Source: a bacterium (GTDB lineage: Bacteria > Zhuqueibacterota > Zhuqueibacteria > Residuimicrobiales > Krinioviventaceae). Taken from it: DNA of 64,000 bases. The translations under genes were made by a program, and so were the position numbers. The stretch covers positions 64,001 through 128,000 of the forward strand of contig CAXXFV010000014.1 in assembly GCA_963674595.2 (NCBI GenBank). The letters run 5' to 3'. Shown one piece after another: positions 30,146 through 40,111 of the stretch. The stretch's first letter is position 1. Each line of letters opens with the position of its first letter. Under the pieces are notes generated by a model. It was given only the letters and a program-made list of their open reading frames with translations. It did not search any database and had not been told where the DNA came from.

Positions 30146-32659
30146 CTATTTCAAATATAAAAGTTTTTTTACAAAAGACTGATTTTCAGTTGTAAATCTG
30201 CAAAAGTAAACATTGCTTGTTAATTCGTTAGTCGAAAAGCTCAGTCTGTATCTGCCGGCCTGTTGATACTGATTATCCACGAGTGTTTTCACCTTTCTCC
30301 CCAAAACATCGTAGATATGAACATTTACAACACCGTTGTTTGCCAGATGATATTCGATTTGTGTTGAAGGATTAAAGGGATTGGGATAGGCGTTCATCAG
30401 TTCTGTTTTTTCAGGGACAATCAGGTCATCCTCAACTTTGGTGATGATAGTGTTGATAATTTTAACGGATCGCGCACCAATTTTTTTGTTGGTATTGCCG
30501 GCATTATCAAGGACCATCAGATTGAGGGTATACACACCATCCGAATAAGTGGTTGTATCCAGATAAAAGCTAAAACCCGCACCCGCTGCGTTTGCATAAC
30601 CGGGATATTTTGAAGCAGCGCCTTCATGATAAATGTTATATACAGGCTTGCCGATAAACTCTCCGTTCAGGTAGACAAATATTGTCGAACCATCCGTGGC
30701 GATTTGATTTGGCAGCTCAGTCAATACCCAACCGGTAACTTCAGCATTGTCGCCGGATATTATCTGCCCTTCAGTTGGAGAGTCTATATCTCCAAATGGA
30801 AGTAAAGCAAGGCTGTTATCTATTTTAAAGGATTCTCCATCAAGCTGTGTCACGTTGCCTTCATAATCGGTCACCTCGGCAAAGAACGTATATTCTCCGT
30901 TTTCAAAATCGTGTGTGTCCAGCGTATAACTCCAACCGGCACGGTCGGCAAAGGGATAATGTGAATAAAATGCCTGTACATCAGCTCTGGCCCCTTCAAC
31001 CGTAACAGCGTCTCCCACCAACACATTTTCATCGCCGTTCTTTCTAAAAATTTTAATAGAACTGATGCCGATGTCATCGATCGCCCATCCGGAAAAATTG
31101 ACAGTTCCACTTACAACATTGTCCAACGCCGGATAAACAAATTCCCCAAAAGGCGGTTCAGTAACATCAAGAACAGATAATTCAACTGTTACATATTCCG
31201 GGGGGCTGGCCTGGTTAATTTCTGAAATTTTAATAAAGCCGGAATGGACACCTGCAACCATTCCTGAAGGATCAATCATAACCTGCACCCATCCCGGACC
31301 TGTGCCGGATGTGGGCTCCAACTTAATCCACTCGTTTTCGGTTTCCACCTGCCATTCCAAAACTCCGGCGCCTTTATTGGTTATATGAAAATACTGATTG
31401 TATGGGCCTACGGCTTTTGTATCATTAGTTGTATATATCTGTGATGGTTTTAATTCAGCCCCATTGGCCGGTGCCCCTACTTTGATTTCATTCGTAGATG
31501 GATTTGCTGCCGGACTATTCGTATTTTCTATGGTAAAAAATCTTGAACCAATTCCATCCGTATTACCGGCATTGTCTGTTGCTACCCACTGTATGGTATG
31601 AACGCCATTAGAGAAAGATTTCGTATCAAACTCACAAAACGCACCGGCTCCGTTGGCATTTTGATATTCGGGAAAGTATGAAGCGATATCAGAACGGTAT
31701 CCGTTATAAGTGACATTACCAATATTCATCCCGTCAATGAAGACATTAATTTCACTGCCGCATTCATACATCATATTGGGCGGTGGTGTCAACACCCAAC
31801 CGGAACATCTGTAGCTTGAACCGGAAGCAGAACCTCCCATAGCAGGTGTATCGATAGCGCCGAATGGTTTTACGGCATTAGCATTATCTACAGTAACAGT
31901 TTTAGATCCCAGGGTTGTCTGATTTCCTTCTACATCATGAGCAATTGCCGTTAGTTTATAATTTCCATCACCACTCGGTAAAAAATTAGTTAACAGCATA
32001 TATCCCCAGCCGGCTCTGCTATTATTCGGATAGTTAGGATATTGAGTTTCAATGTCCGGTCTTGCCCCTTCTAGAAGAGAAGCGTCGCCAATATAAACAT
32101 TCTCCCCATTTTCTTGATTATAAATTTTTACAGACTCGACACCAATATCATCCAAAACCCAACCTGTTACCGGAATACTACTACGTACTGTTGAGCCGGA
32201 TTCAGGCGTATCAAAGGAACCAAATGGCGGAGACGTATCATCGCCTTCCCGGTAAAGATTTATATTAACTTCAGTCTCATCACCGATAACCGTTGTATCC
32301 TTTGGTGAAGAAATTGTGATTACACCAAATTCAGTCTCAGCATATACTATACCGTCATAAAAATCATCTGTTTTGGGAATAATTTCAAAATATCCTTCTC
32401 CTTTACCAGCATTCGGAATCATCTCCAGCCAATCTTTGTTTGACCGAATCTTCCATTCAATATTCGGATCTTTTTGAGTATCAACATAAACCCGGGTTCT
32501 ATTTTTCATTTTTTCAATTTCTCTGTCAAAATACGCCATATTCACACGTTCTTTGGACAAAGTTATCTTTTTCTGCGAATCTTCTTGTGCGTTTACCTGC
32601 AATTGAAAAAACATAATTATGGCCAAAATTAGCAGGTAAAGGGTCCCGGTCCGTTTCAT
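30146..32659 (-). CDS. Secreted BACON plus four Ig-like (PFG..DTP) repeat protein with T9SS-like CTD
   Basis: Signal peptide; repeats PFGSFDTP/PFGAIDTP/PFGEFVYP/PFGDIDSP each followed by GW; AYPNPFNPST. Confidence 0.85.
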   Translation of the reverse strand: MKRTGTLYLLILAIIMFFQLQVNAQEDSQKKITLSKERVNMAYFDREIEKMKNRTRVYVDTQKDPNIEWKIRSNKDWLEMIPNAGKGEGYFEIIPKTDDFYDGIVYAETEFGVITISSPKDTTVIGDETEVNINLYREGDDTSPPFGSFDTPESGSTVRSSIPVTGWVLDDIGVESVKIYNQENGENVYIGDASLLEGARPDIETQYPNYPNNSRAGWGYMLLTNFLPSGDGNYKLTAIAHDVEGNQTTLGSKTVTVDNANAVKPFGAIDTPAMGGSASGSSYRCSGWVLTPPPNMMYECGSEINVFIDGMNIGNVTYNGYRSDIASYFPEYQNANGAGAFCEFDTKSFSNGVHTIQWVATDNAGNTDGIGSRFFTIENTNSPAANPSTNEIKVGAPANGAELKPSQIYTTNDTKAVGPYNQYFHITNKGAGVLEWQVETENEWIKLEPTSGTGPGWVQVMIDPSGMVAGVHSGFIKISEINQASPPEYVTVELSVLDVTEPPFGEFVYPALDNVVSGTVNFSGWAIDDIGISSIKIFRKNGDENVLVGDAVTVEGARADVQAFYSHYPFADRAGWSYTLDTHDFENGEYTFFAEVTDYEGNVTQLDGESFKIDNSLALLPFGDIDSPTEGQIISGDNAEVTGWVLTELPNQIATDGSTIFVYLNGEFIGKPVYNIYHEGAASKYPGYANAAGAGFSFYLDTTTYSDGVYTLNLMVLDNAGNTNKKIGARSVKIINTIITKVEDDLIVPEKTELMNAYPNPFNPSTQIEYHLANNGVVNVHIYDVLGRKVKTLVDNQYQQAGRYRLSFSTNELTSNVYFCRFTTENQSFVKKLLYLK

Positions 32660-32806
32660 AATTTCCTTCCTGTTTTAATCGTACAATTTGTCCGGTTGAT
32701 GGGACAAATTTACTTTACAAATAGAATTAATTATTGTTTATCAATATCAGAACAACAGAATTAACAAAGAGTTAGAAAAATGTTAGTTTTTGGATATATG
32801 AGATGA

Positions 32807-32822
32807 TTCAAGAACTATGCCA
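32807..32822 (-). promoter_or_regulatory. sigma54-like -24/-12 promoter, copy 1
   Basis: TGGCATAGTTCTTGAA (GG-N10-GA), conserved in three copies. Confidence 0.6.
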
Positions 32823-32849
32823 CTATCTGTAAATAAATAGCATATATAC

Positions 32850-32884
32850 AAAAAAAGGCAATCCTGAATAAAGATTGCCTTTTG
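32850..32884 (-). terminator. Intrinsic terminator, copy 1
   Basis: AAAAGGCAATC...GATTGCCTTTT. Confidence 0.85.
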
Positions 32885-32904
32885 TATAACTCAAAATATT
32901 TTCC

Positions 32905-35292
32905 TTATTTTACCAGCAACACTTTTTGAGTCTGTGTTACTTTGTCTGTCTGCATGCGGATCAGATAAGCCCCGGAAGGCACTTTGCTTCCGTTTTCATT
33001 CGTTGCATCCCAAGACACCTGATAACTGCCTGCTGGTTGATTGCTGCTGTAAAGTGTCTTGATAAAAGAACCAAGGGTATTGTAAACGGATATTTCTACA
33101 CGTTCCTCTTTGGCTAATTGATAGGCAACTGTCGTTGTGGGATTAAAGGGATTCGGATAAGCCGCAAACAACTGCGTGGTCACAGGCAATGCATCAATAT
33201 TAACGGACGTAGAAGCAATAACATTCCGTTCACCTTCAATATTAACCTCGGAAAGGCGGTACGTATAATCTGCTTCTGCTGCAACTGTTTTATCTGTAAA
33301 AGTGTATTCCGTTCGGCTTGAGGTGTTTCCCTGGCCCCAAAGGGCTGTGTGTGTTTTGTAAGATGAAATTGTCATCCATGTTTGATTATCCAATGAACGT
33401 TCTAGAATAAATCCCAAATTATCAGTTTCACTTTCGGTGACCCATTCCAAAACAATAGTCTTTCCTTCTGATTGAGCAGAAAAAGAAGAGAGTTCTACAG
33501 GAAGAGATCCGTCATTAGTGGTAACGTTGGCAGGATTTTCCGTTCCCGAAGCGATGAGATAAAGCTCCTGACCAGTGTTTCCGTTGTATTCGCAGACATG
33601 CACACGGTAAGTGGTTGACGCACTCAATCCGCTGACGGATACGCTGGTTCCGGTTCCATTGTAAACACAGTACCATCCACTGGAGGCGATTTGGTCGCCG
33701 GAACCAAATATAGTATTGGCGGAATAAGTGGTTGCATCTACCGGGCCTGCTGTGCCGGAGGAAGCAACCGCTATGAAAACAGCACAATATTCACCGTCAC
33801 CACGTGTCCAATCCACGGTTGTTGATGTGTTTGAAGTATTGGAAAAGGTAGTAGATACAGCCTGAGTGACCGGAGCAATATCTTCGGAAAGTGTCCACAA
33901 GGAGAATCCATCGATTCCCGATAATGTCACGGTGTTGGCGCCCGTATCCACTTTACCATGCTGGTTGGTCCAGTTCGTTCCGCTATCAATGGATTTGAAC
34001 AATCTAAGGATGGACTCGTCAAGGCTGTTCAGTTCGGTGCTGAAATAATTAAAGGCTAAAGTGGCATTCAATCCAGTATTCATGCCGGGCGAAATATTAT
34101 ATTGCCGTAAAATGCTTCCCGCAACAATATTGTTGGCTTGCGCATGGTGTCGGGTGATACTTGTTTCTCCCATATTAGCAGACGTAGTGATTACCGCCCC
34201 CAGGCCACCGACATCTTGCGAAGAGATATTACTTAAAGAACGGGTCGTTGTAATAGAGCCGCTGGTTCCGTAAAAGACACCGTTATATTCTCTTAATGTG
34301 CCGTTGCTGCCAATCGTTACAGTCTGGCCGTTCAAGTCCATGTCGCTATTAAGGATGAGGTTGCCGCTGACCATGATGCCCGATTCAAGTGTTGGAGATG
34401 AAGACGACGAAATCACCAGGTTTTTTACGTTTGGATCTCCGGAAATGCTCACTTCCGAATTTCCGTCCCATTTAAAGATGCCAACATTATCCCCTGAGCC
34501 GGGAATACCATCACTCCAGTTTGCCTCAGTACTCCAGTCACTGCTGGACGTGCCAAGCCACGTAATAAAAGCCTCAGAATCGGTCCAATTCCCATCATCC
34601 ATATTGTTTAAAGTACCGTTGTGTCCATTTCCTGAAGCATCCGTAAGAGTCGTGCCGCTGCTTTGATCAAATTTATAATAAGCAAGCAAGCCGCTTTCAC
34701 TGCCTGAAAGGGCTCTATACATATTATCTCTTATCTGTTGGGCACTACGGGCTGTATTCCAAATTCGCACCTCATCCATCCCTCCGTGAAAATATGTATT
34801 ATTATAACGACCCTGCCACCCAAGATAAAGGTCATTATCACTTGAAACTATACTGCTGAAAGAGTAAATGGAACCATCCAGAACACCGTTAAAATAAAAA
34901 CGCAGAGTTGAGCCATTCCAAACCATGGCGACATGGGTCCATTCTCCGACCGAAATGGCACTACTGGTTGATTGTAATGAGCCAGAAAGTCGAGAATAAA
35001 CTTCACCAGTGGTTAATATATTCAACCAGCCTAAACCGGTATCTTCTGAGCTTATATAATCCTGGGAGATGACACGGTTATACGAAGCTCCAGATAGACT
35101 TGATATGTTAACCCAAACTTCAACAGTCAGGGCGCTTAAGGTGCCCGGATCGACTACAAATCCACAGTCAACATATTCAGTAGTCGCGTCTCCGCCAAAG
35201 TAGAGACAATTTCCAGGTCCATTCACTGCACTTTCGGCAAAAATATTGTTTGATATAAGCAGGATGCTTAAAAATACCCAAATCTTTTTCAT
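32905..35292 (-). CDS. Secreted LamG-like plus Fn3-like protein with constant SLPVELSSF-Ig/FlgD CTD (array gene A)
   Basis: LTVEVWV..WTHVAMVW..MDEVRIWN LamG; YRVHVCEYNG Fn3-like; start placed at MKKIW after AAAGGAG. Confidence 0.88.
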   Translation of the reverse strand: MKKIWVFLSILLISNNIFAESAVNGPGNCLYFGGDATTEYVDCGFVVDPGTLSALTVEVWVNISSLSGASYNRVISQDYISSEDTGLGWLNILTTGEVYSRLSGSLQSTSSAISVGEWTHVAMVWNGSTLRFYFNGVLDGSIYSFSSIVSSDNDLYLGWQGRYNNTYFHGGMDEVRIWNTARSAQQIRDNMYRALSGSESGLLAYYKFDQSSGTTLTDASGNGHNGTLNNMDDGNWTDSEAFITWLGTSSSDWSTEANWSDGIPGSGDNVGIFKWDGNSEVSISGDPNVKNLVISSSSSPTLESGIMVSGNLILNSDMDLNGQTVTIGSNGTLREYNGVFYGTSGSITTTRSLSNISSQDVGGLGAVITTSANMGETSITRHHAQANNIVAGSILRQYNISPGMNTGLNATLAFNYFSTELNSLDESILRLFKSIDSGTNWTNQHGKVDTGANTVTLSGIDGFSLWTLSEDIAPVTQAVSTTFSNTSNTSTTVDWTRGDGEYCAVFIAVASSGTAGPVDATTYSANTIFGSGDQIASSGWYCVYNGTGTSVSVSGLSASTTYRVHVCEYNGNTGQELYLIASGTENPANVTTNDGSLPVELSSFSAQSEGKTIVLEWVTESETDNLGFILERSLDNQTWMTISSYKTHTALWGQGNTSSRTEYTFTDKTVAAEADYTYRLSEVNIEGERNVIASTSVNIDALPVTTQLFAAYPNPFNPTTTVAYQLAKEERVEISVYNTLGSFIKTLYSSNQPAGSYQVSWDATNENGSKVPSGAYLIRMQTDKVTQTQKVLLVK

Positions 35293-35570
35293 AATATCTC
35301 CTTTCCAGTAAGAATTTCCAGTTTTCAGCATACCGCATGTTCAAAATTAGAAGATCATGAGCTCTTATTGCTTAAAAAATGTGTACTATTTACACAAAAT
35401 TAGACTTGAAAAAACTACAATAGTAAAGTTTCTTTAAAATAATATAGAAAAAAAGCACTTTATAGTTTTCGTCCATTATATTTCAATAATCCTGATGCCC
35501 ACCGACATGTAACATTTATTGAGTATTTTCCAAAAGAATAAGATGAATTATAAACGTATATTTCCATTAT

Positions 35571-35649
35571 GAATCTCTTGGATTTTTATCTGAAATTGAA
35601 AAATAAAAATCAATAATTTAAAGATAAATTATTTTGCAGTCCGTTTCAT
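35571..35649 (-). pseudogene. Decayed copy of the 837-aa gene's signal-peptide region
   Basis: Reads MKRTAK*FIFKLLIFIFQFQIKIQEI versus MKRTGTLYLLILAIIMFFQLQVNAQED at 32659; same distance from the sigma54-like motif. Confidence 0.7.
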
Positions 35650-35797
35650 CACAAGCGTTCCAAATTATCATTCATTTTTTCCGATAGATAGGAAAATTCT
35701 TCCTAATAAATAGAACCAATTTCTATTTATCAATTTCTATAAAAACTTTATTAACAAAAATTTGTCAAAAATGTTACGTTTAGGATATTTAAAAAAC

Positions 35798-35813
35798 TTC
35801 AAGAATTATGCCA
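35798..35813 (-). promoter_or_regulatory. sigma54-like -24/-12 promoter, copy 2
   Basis: TGGCATAATTCTTGAA. Confidence 0.6.
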
Positions 35814-35837
35814 TTATCTACAAATAAATAACATAAC

Positions 35838-35871
35838 AAAAAAAGGGAATCTGTTTAAACAGGTTCCCTTT
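35838..35871 (-). terminator. Intrinsic terminator, copy 2
   Basis: AAAGGGAATCTGTT/AACAGGTTCCCTTT. Confidence 0.85.
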
Positions 35872-35896
35872 AATAAATCATTTAAATCTCTTAATT

Positions 35897-37069
35897 TTAT
35901 TTTACCAGCAACACTTTATGAGTCTGTGTTACTTTGTCTGTCTGCATGCGGATCAGATAGGCCCCGGAAGGCACCTTGCTTCCGTTTTCATCCGTACCAT
36001 TCCAGTTAACCTGATAACTACCGGCTGGTTGATTGCTGCTGTAAAGTGTCTTGATAAAAGAACCAAGGGTATTGTAAACGGATATTTCTACACGTTCCTC
36101 TTTGGCTAATTGATAGGCAACTGTCGTTGTGGGATTAAAGGGATTCGGATAAGCCGCAAACAACTGCGTGATCATGGGCAAAGCATCAATATGAACAGAT
36201 GTGGAAGCAATCACATTCCGTTCCCCTTCAATACTAACCTCGGACAGACGGTAGGTATAATCCGCCTCTACTTCAACGGTTTTATCGATAAAAGCGTATT
36301 CGGTCCGGTTTGATGTACTGCCCTGGCCTTGAAGATCAACATGCGTTTTGTATGAAGCAATGGTTTTCCAAACCACATTATCAGTAGATTTTTCGAGAAT
36401 AAATCCCAAATTATCAGTTTCGCTTTCGGTTGCCCATTTTATTTCAACGTTTTGATTTATTTGTTGAGCAGTAAAAGAAGATAATTCGACTGGAAGAGAT
36501 GATTCTGATGTCGTAATAGTCTCATAATTCCAATTATTATGTTGACCTGTTGAAGTATAAAAGTCAAGTATTATTTCGGCAACATTGGCAATAGGAGTTG
36601 CCGTACCATTATCGAAAAAACTTGTAAATGTTGTTGTCGTGCCATTACCGATCCATTTGTTTGCACTAAGCGTCATCGTTTGGATTGTCGCACCATTTTT
36701 GTCTTTAAAAGTGATAGATGATCCATCATCTGCTGTATTATTACCATACGAAGTAAAAGACATGTTTTCAAAAGTAAAATCATCTACTCCATAAGCAAGA
36801 ATGGTATGGCTGCTATTATTACCGGCAAACATAGCAGTACCATCGTTTGTCATTTGATTACTGACGACGATAATAGAGTTATTTTGTACTGTTTTATAAC
36901 CACTTCCACCAGAATCAGAATTACCTAAATTAGCAAAATTGGTTTGTGCAATAGTCGTTTGTAAAGCACCCCAAGCCAAGACCAAAAAGAAAATTTTGAC
37001 TGAATAGTTAATGCCTCCTGATAAAAATCCTTGCTTTAAATACAATAATAGTTTTTGTAACAATTTCAT
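35897..37069 (-). CDS. Secreted protein, small unknown N-domain plus constant CTD module (array gene B)
   Basis: AGGAGG RBS before the ATG at 37069; SLPVELSSF..AAYPNPFNP. Confidence 0.8.
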   Translation of the reverse strand: MKLLQKLLLYLKQGFLSGGINYSVKIFFLVLAWGALQTTIAQTNFANLGNSDSGGSGYKTVQNNSIIVVSNQMTNDGTAMFAGNNSSHTILAYGVDDFTFENMSFTSYGNNTADDGSSITFKDKNGATIQTMTLSANKWIGNGTTTTFTSFFDNGTATPIANVAEIILDFYTSTGQHNNWNYETITTSESSLPVELSSFTAQQINQNVEIKWATESETDNLGFILEKSTDNVVWKTIASYKTHVDLQGQGSTSNRTEYAFIDKTVEVEADYTYRLSEVSIEGERNVIASTSVHIDALPMITQLFAAYPNPFNPTTTVAYQLAKEERVEISVYNTLGSFIKTLYSSNQPAGSYQVNWNGTDENGSKVPSGAYLIRMQTDKVTQTHKVLLVK

Positions 37070-37279
37070 CCATGAACCTCCTCTAAATGATAAAAATAAG
37101 AACACCTTATTAACAATTATAAACAAGCTTTTTAATCATGCTTTAATTCTAATACATGATTCTATTACATAAAAAAGGCATTCCTGAGATAGAAATTAAG
37201 AATAATTCTTTCACAAAGTGGAATTGAATGGTACTGTTTAAAAATTAAACAAATTATCTGTAAGAAAAGCAAGCGTTGT

Positions 37280-38086
37280 TTACAAAATATCGGGATAAAA
37301 ATATTGAATTAGTTTTTCTTCAGGAGTTAGTCCATCAATGCCTTTATGAGGTCTTACTCCGTTGTAATAATTGACAAATCTTTTTAGCTCATTTTTACGA
37401 TGGGCTGATGATTTAAAAACAGTTTTATTATGCCAAAGCTCGATAAGAGTTCGTATAACTCTTTCAGCTTTGCCATTTGTTTGCGGCCTTTTAACTTTGG
37501 TAAATTTTTGTTCAATACCATGTTCTTTGCACAACTTCATAAACTCATGATTATTCGGATCACCTCGGTACTCTCGACCATTATCAGTATAAAATTGTTC
37601 TATTGTATATGGACATTCATCCACGACTTGCTCCAAAAACTTTTTAGCTGAATATTGGGTTTTATCAGGTAAAATAGTAGCATACAGTTCTCTGGAAAAG
37701 TCATCAATGGCCACAAACAGGTATTCCGTTCGTTCAAAAGGAGATTCCCCCTTAATTAAGGGAAGTTTTTTAGTGTCACCATGTATCATTTGTCCTGGAT
37801 AGTCTTTATTATATCGCTTGGCCTGACGTTTTAGCTTGTCCTCAAGTTTTTTTTCGATTTTAGCCAAACGTTTAATGCCGTATTTTAAACAGCGAAAACG
37901 CTTGTTTACACTCTTGTGAATTGAATAATCTTTTTGTCGGCCATTATGGATTATTTTATAAATTGTAGGTCGACTGACATGAAACTCTCGTGCTAAATCA
38001 CAAACACGTCTTTTTTCGGAAAAATACAATGTGCAAACTTTTTCCCGTTGAATCGGCGTTAATCTGGTCTTTTTATGAATTACCAT
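37280..38086 (-). CDS. IS481-family DDE transposase
   Basis: HKKTRLTP N-terminus, HTH, HGDTK, AIDDFSR, YTDNG.EY, PQTNGKAER, YN..RPH. Confidence 0.95.
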   Translation of the reverse strand: MVIHKKTRLTPIQREKVCTLYFSEKRRVCDLAREFHVSRPTIYKIIHNGRQKDYSIHKSVNKRFRCLKYGIKRLAKIEKKLEDKLKRQAKRYNKDYPGQMIHGDTKKLPLIKGESPFERTEYLFVAIDDFSRELYATILPDKTQYSAKKFLEQVVDECPYTIEQFYTDNGREYRGDPNNHEFMKLCKEHGIEQKFTKVKRPQTNGKAERVIRTLIELWHNKTVFKSSAHRKNELKRFVNYYNGVRPHKGIDGLTPEEKLIQYFYPDIL

Positions 38087-38145
38087 AGGATCTCCTTTTA
38101 TTAAAATTTAGGAAATCCCGAAATTGCAAACAACGTTAAATTTGC

Positions 38146-38199
38146 TTCTCATGAATTGAATCCTATCTCTTTATAAGGAACGGATTCAATTCATGAGAA
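38146..38199. repeat. Perfect 18-bp inverted repeat inside the IS, upstream of the transposase
   Basis: TTCTCATGAATTGAATCC-N18-GGATTCAATTCATGAGAA. Confidence 0.9.
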
Positions 38200-38294
38200 A
38201 ACTGTAAACAACTCTAATTTAATTTACAAATTATCTTAAAAAATCAACCTTAAACAACTACTTTAAAAAATGTTCCTTTTTCAACATTCGGATA

Positions 38295-39560
38295 TTACTT
38301 GACCAATAATACCTTTTGCGTTTGTGTTCCCTGCCCTGTCTGCATCCGAATTAAATAAGTTCCTGTAGGAATATTATTGCCTGCCTCATCCGTACCGTTC
38401 CAGTCAACCTGATAACTACCTGCCGACTGGTGACTGCAATAAAGTGTTTTTATGTGTGAACCAAGAGTGTTATAAACGGATATTTCCACATCAGTCTCTT
38501 TTGACAGTTGGTATCTGACCGTTGTTGAAGGATTAAAAGGATTCGGATAAGCGGCAAACAACTGCGTGGTTGTTGGCAATGCTTCAACCTGAACAGATGT
38601 GGAAGCAACAACATTTTTTTTACCTTCAATACTAACATCGGAAAGACGATAAGTATAATTCGCTTCACTTGCAATAGTCTTGTCTGTAAAAGAGTATTCT
38701 GTTCGGCTTGAGGTGTCGCCCTGGCCTTGAAGATCAACATGCGTTTTGTATGAAGCAATGGTCGTCCAGAACGTTTTGTCCTGCGAACGCTCCAAAACAA
38801 ACCCAAGGTTATCTTTTTCACTTTCGGTGACCCATTCCAAAACAATAGTCTTTCCTTCAGATTGAGCAGAAAAAGAAGAGAGTTCTACAGGTAGAGAAAC
38901 GTCTGTTCCCGAGACCCGTATATTATCAAACCCGAATTCTTCATTTGCCTGATCTGCACTTCCCATAATTCTTATTTGCAGACTTGAACCTGACGAAGGA
39001 ATGTTATATGTGAATTCGGCAAAAGCAGGACTTAAGGCCGGTCCCTCGGCCGTACCATCAGCATCTGCATCTTCTGACATATAATCATCATTTACATTGG
39101 CTGCTATAAATTGTGCCAAAGTAGTAAAACTGCCGCCATCATAAGCATATTGTATTCTAAGGTACTCTTCCTGTTCATAAGCAGAGCCACTATTATTATT
39201 TCCGGCAACAAGTATTTTAATCTGAAGATTGGTATAAGACGAAACATCAATTGAATTTAGTGTACAATAACAAGGTTCATCAGTAGCGCGTCCATTATCT
39301 GTATCCTCCGCATAGAAGAAATAGCTTCCCTGATACACGGTAAATGGATCTGTCGGTGTTACCTGTGCAGCCGTTGCTCTTTCCCACCAGTCATCTGAAG
39401 TAGTAGTTTGCCCGCCAGTAACCGTATAACCAGATGTTGTTTCAAAATCAACAGTTTGAAGGGTGGTTTGCCCAAATAAATTCACAGGAAATATACCCAA
39501 AAGACATGTCATGAATATTTTTAAAACTCTAGATGTACACCTAGCAATACCAATTTTCAT
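38295..39560 (-). CDS. Secreted protein, beta-sandwich N-domain plus constant CTD module (array gene C)
   Basis: Signal peptide; DFET...FDNIRVSG jelly-roll-like domain; SLPVELSSF; AAYPNPFNP. Confidence 0.85.
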   Translation of the reverse strand: MKIGIARCTSRVLKIFMTCLLGIFPVNLFGQTTLQTVDFETTSGYTVTGGQTTTSDDWWERATAAQVTPTDPFTVYQGSYFFYAEDTDNGRATDEPCYCTLNSIDVSSYTNLQIKILVAGNNNSGSAYEQEEYLRIQYAYDGGSFTTLAQFIAANVNDDYMSEDADADGTAEGPALSPAFAEFTYNIPSSGSSLQIRIMGSADQANEEFGFDNIRVSGTDVSLPVELSSFSAQSEGKTIVLEWVTESEKDNLGFVLERSQDKTFWTTIASYKTHVDLQGQGDTSSRTEYSFTDKTIASEANYTYRLSDVSIEGKKNVVASTSVQVEALPTTTQLFAAYPNPFNPSTTVRYQLSKETDVEISVYNTLGSHIKTLYCSHQSAGSYQVDWNGTDEAGNNIPTGTYLIRMQTGQGTQTQKVLLVK

Positions 39561-39830
39561 AGCTTTGTTCCTTTCGGTTTTAAGAGAATACTAATAAGGT
39601 TATTTTCATAAATTATTCAAAATTTCAATACCAGTGCATTCATCAACATGGCAAAGTTCTTTTAAAAATATTCTGTTCTCACACGGTTGAAACTGGTTCC
39701 TGAAAAAATATGCTTCCGTTTTAATCTGTTTCATTTCAATAATCATAATAAATATATGCAAACAGATAGATGTTATCAAGTGTTTTTATATGAAAACAAG
39801 TATGAATGATATTTTCACAAGGATATTTTG

Positions 39831-39890
39831 GACTTTTGAAAAATAAAAATTATTATAAAGTAAAAATTTGGTATCGGTCTGTTTCATCAT
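39831..39890 (-). pseudogene. Second decayed copy of the 837-aa gene start
   Basis: ATGAAACAGACC (MKQT) at 39887, then a frameshifted IIIFIFQ; homologous to 35571-35649. Confidence 0.6.
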
Positions 39891-40036
39891 AAACTTGCCA
39901 AATTTATGGTTCCTTTTGTCCGGTATATAGGACAATTTTTCCCAAAAAAATAAAACTAATTTCCATCCATCAACCCCCTAACAACCTTATTAACAAAAAT
40001 TTGCGATAAATGTTACATTTGGGATATATAAAAAAC

Positions 40037-40052
40037 TTCAAGAATTGTGCCG
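40037..40052 (-). promoter_or_regulatory. sigma54-like -24/-12 promoter, copy 3
   Basis: CGGCACAATTCTTGAA. Confidence 0.6.
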
Positions 40053-40079
40053 TTATCTGCAAATAAATAGCACATATAC

Positions 40080-40111
40080 AAAAAAAGGAACCTTTTAAGA
40101 GGTTCCCTTTT
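40080..40111 (-). terminator. Intrinsic terminator, copy 3
   Basis: AAAAGGAACCT-TTTAAG-AGGTTCCCTTTT. Confidence 0.85.

Larger units (their letters stand above)
37259..38228 (-). mobile_element. IS481-family insertion sequence, 970 bp
   Basis: 26-bp imperfect TGT..ACA terminal IRs (37259-37284, 38203-38228) and flanking direct repeat AATTATC (37252-37258, 38229-38235). Confidence 0.9.
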
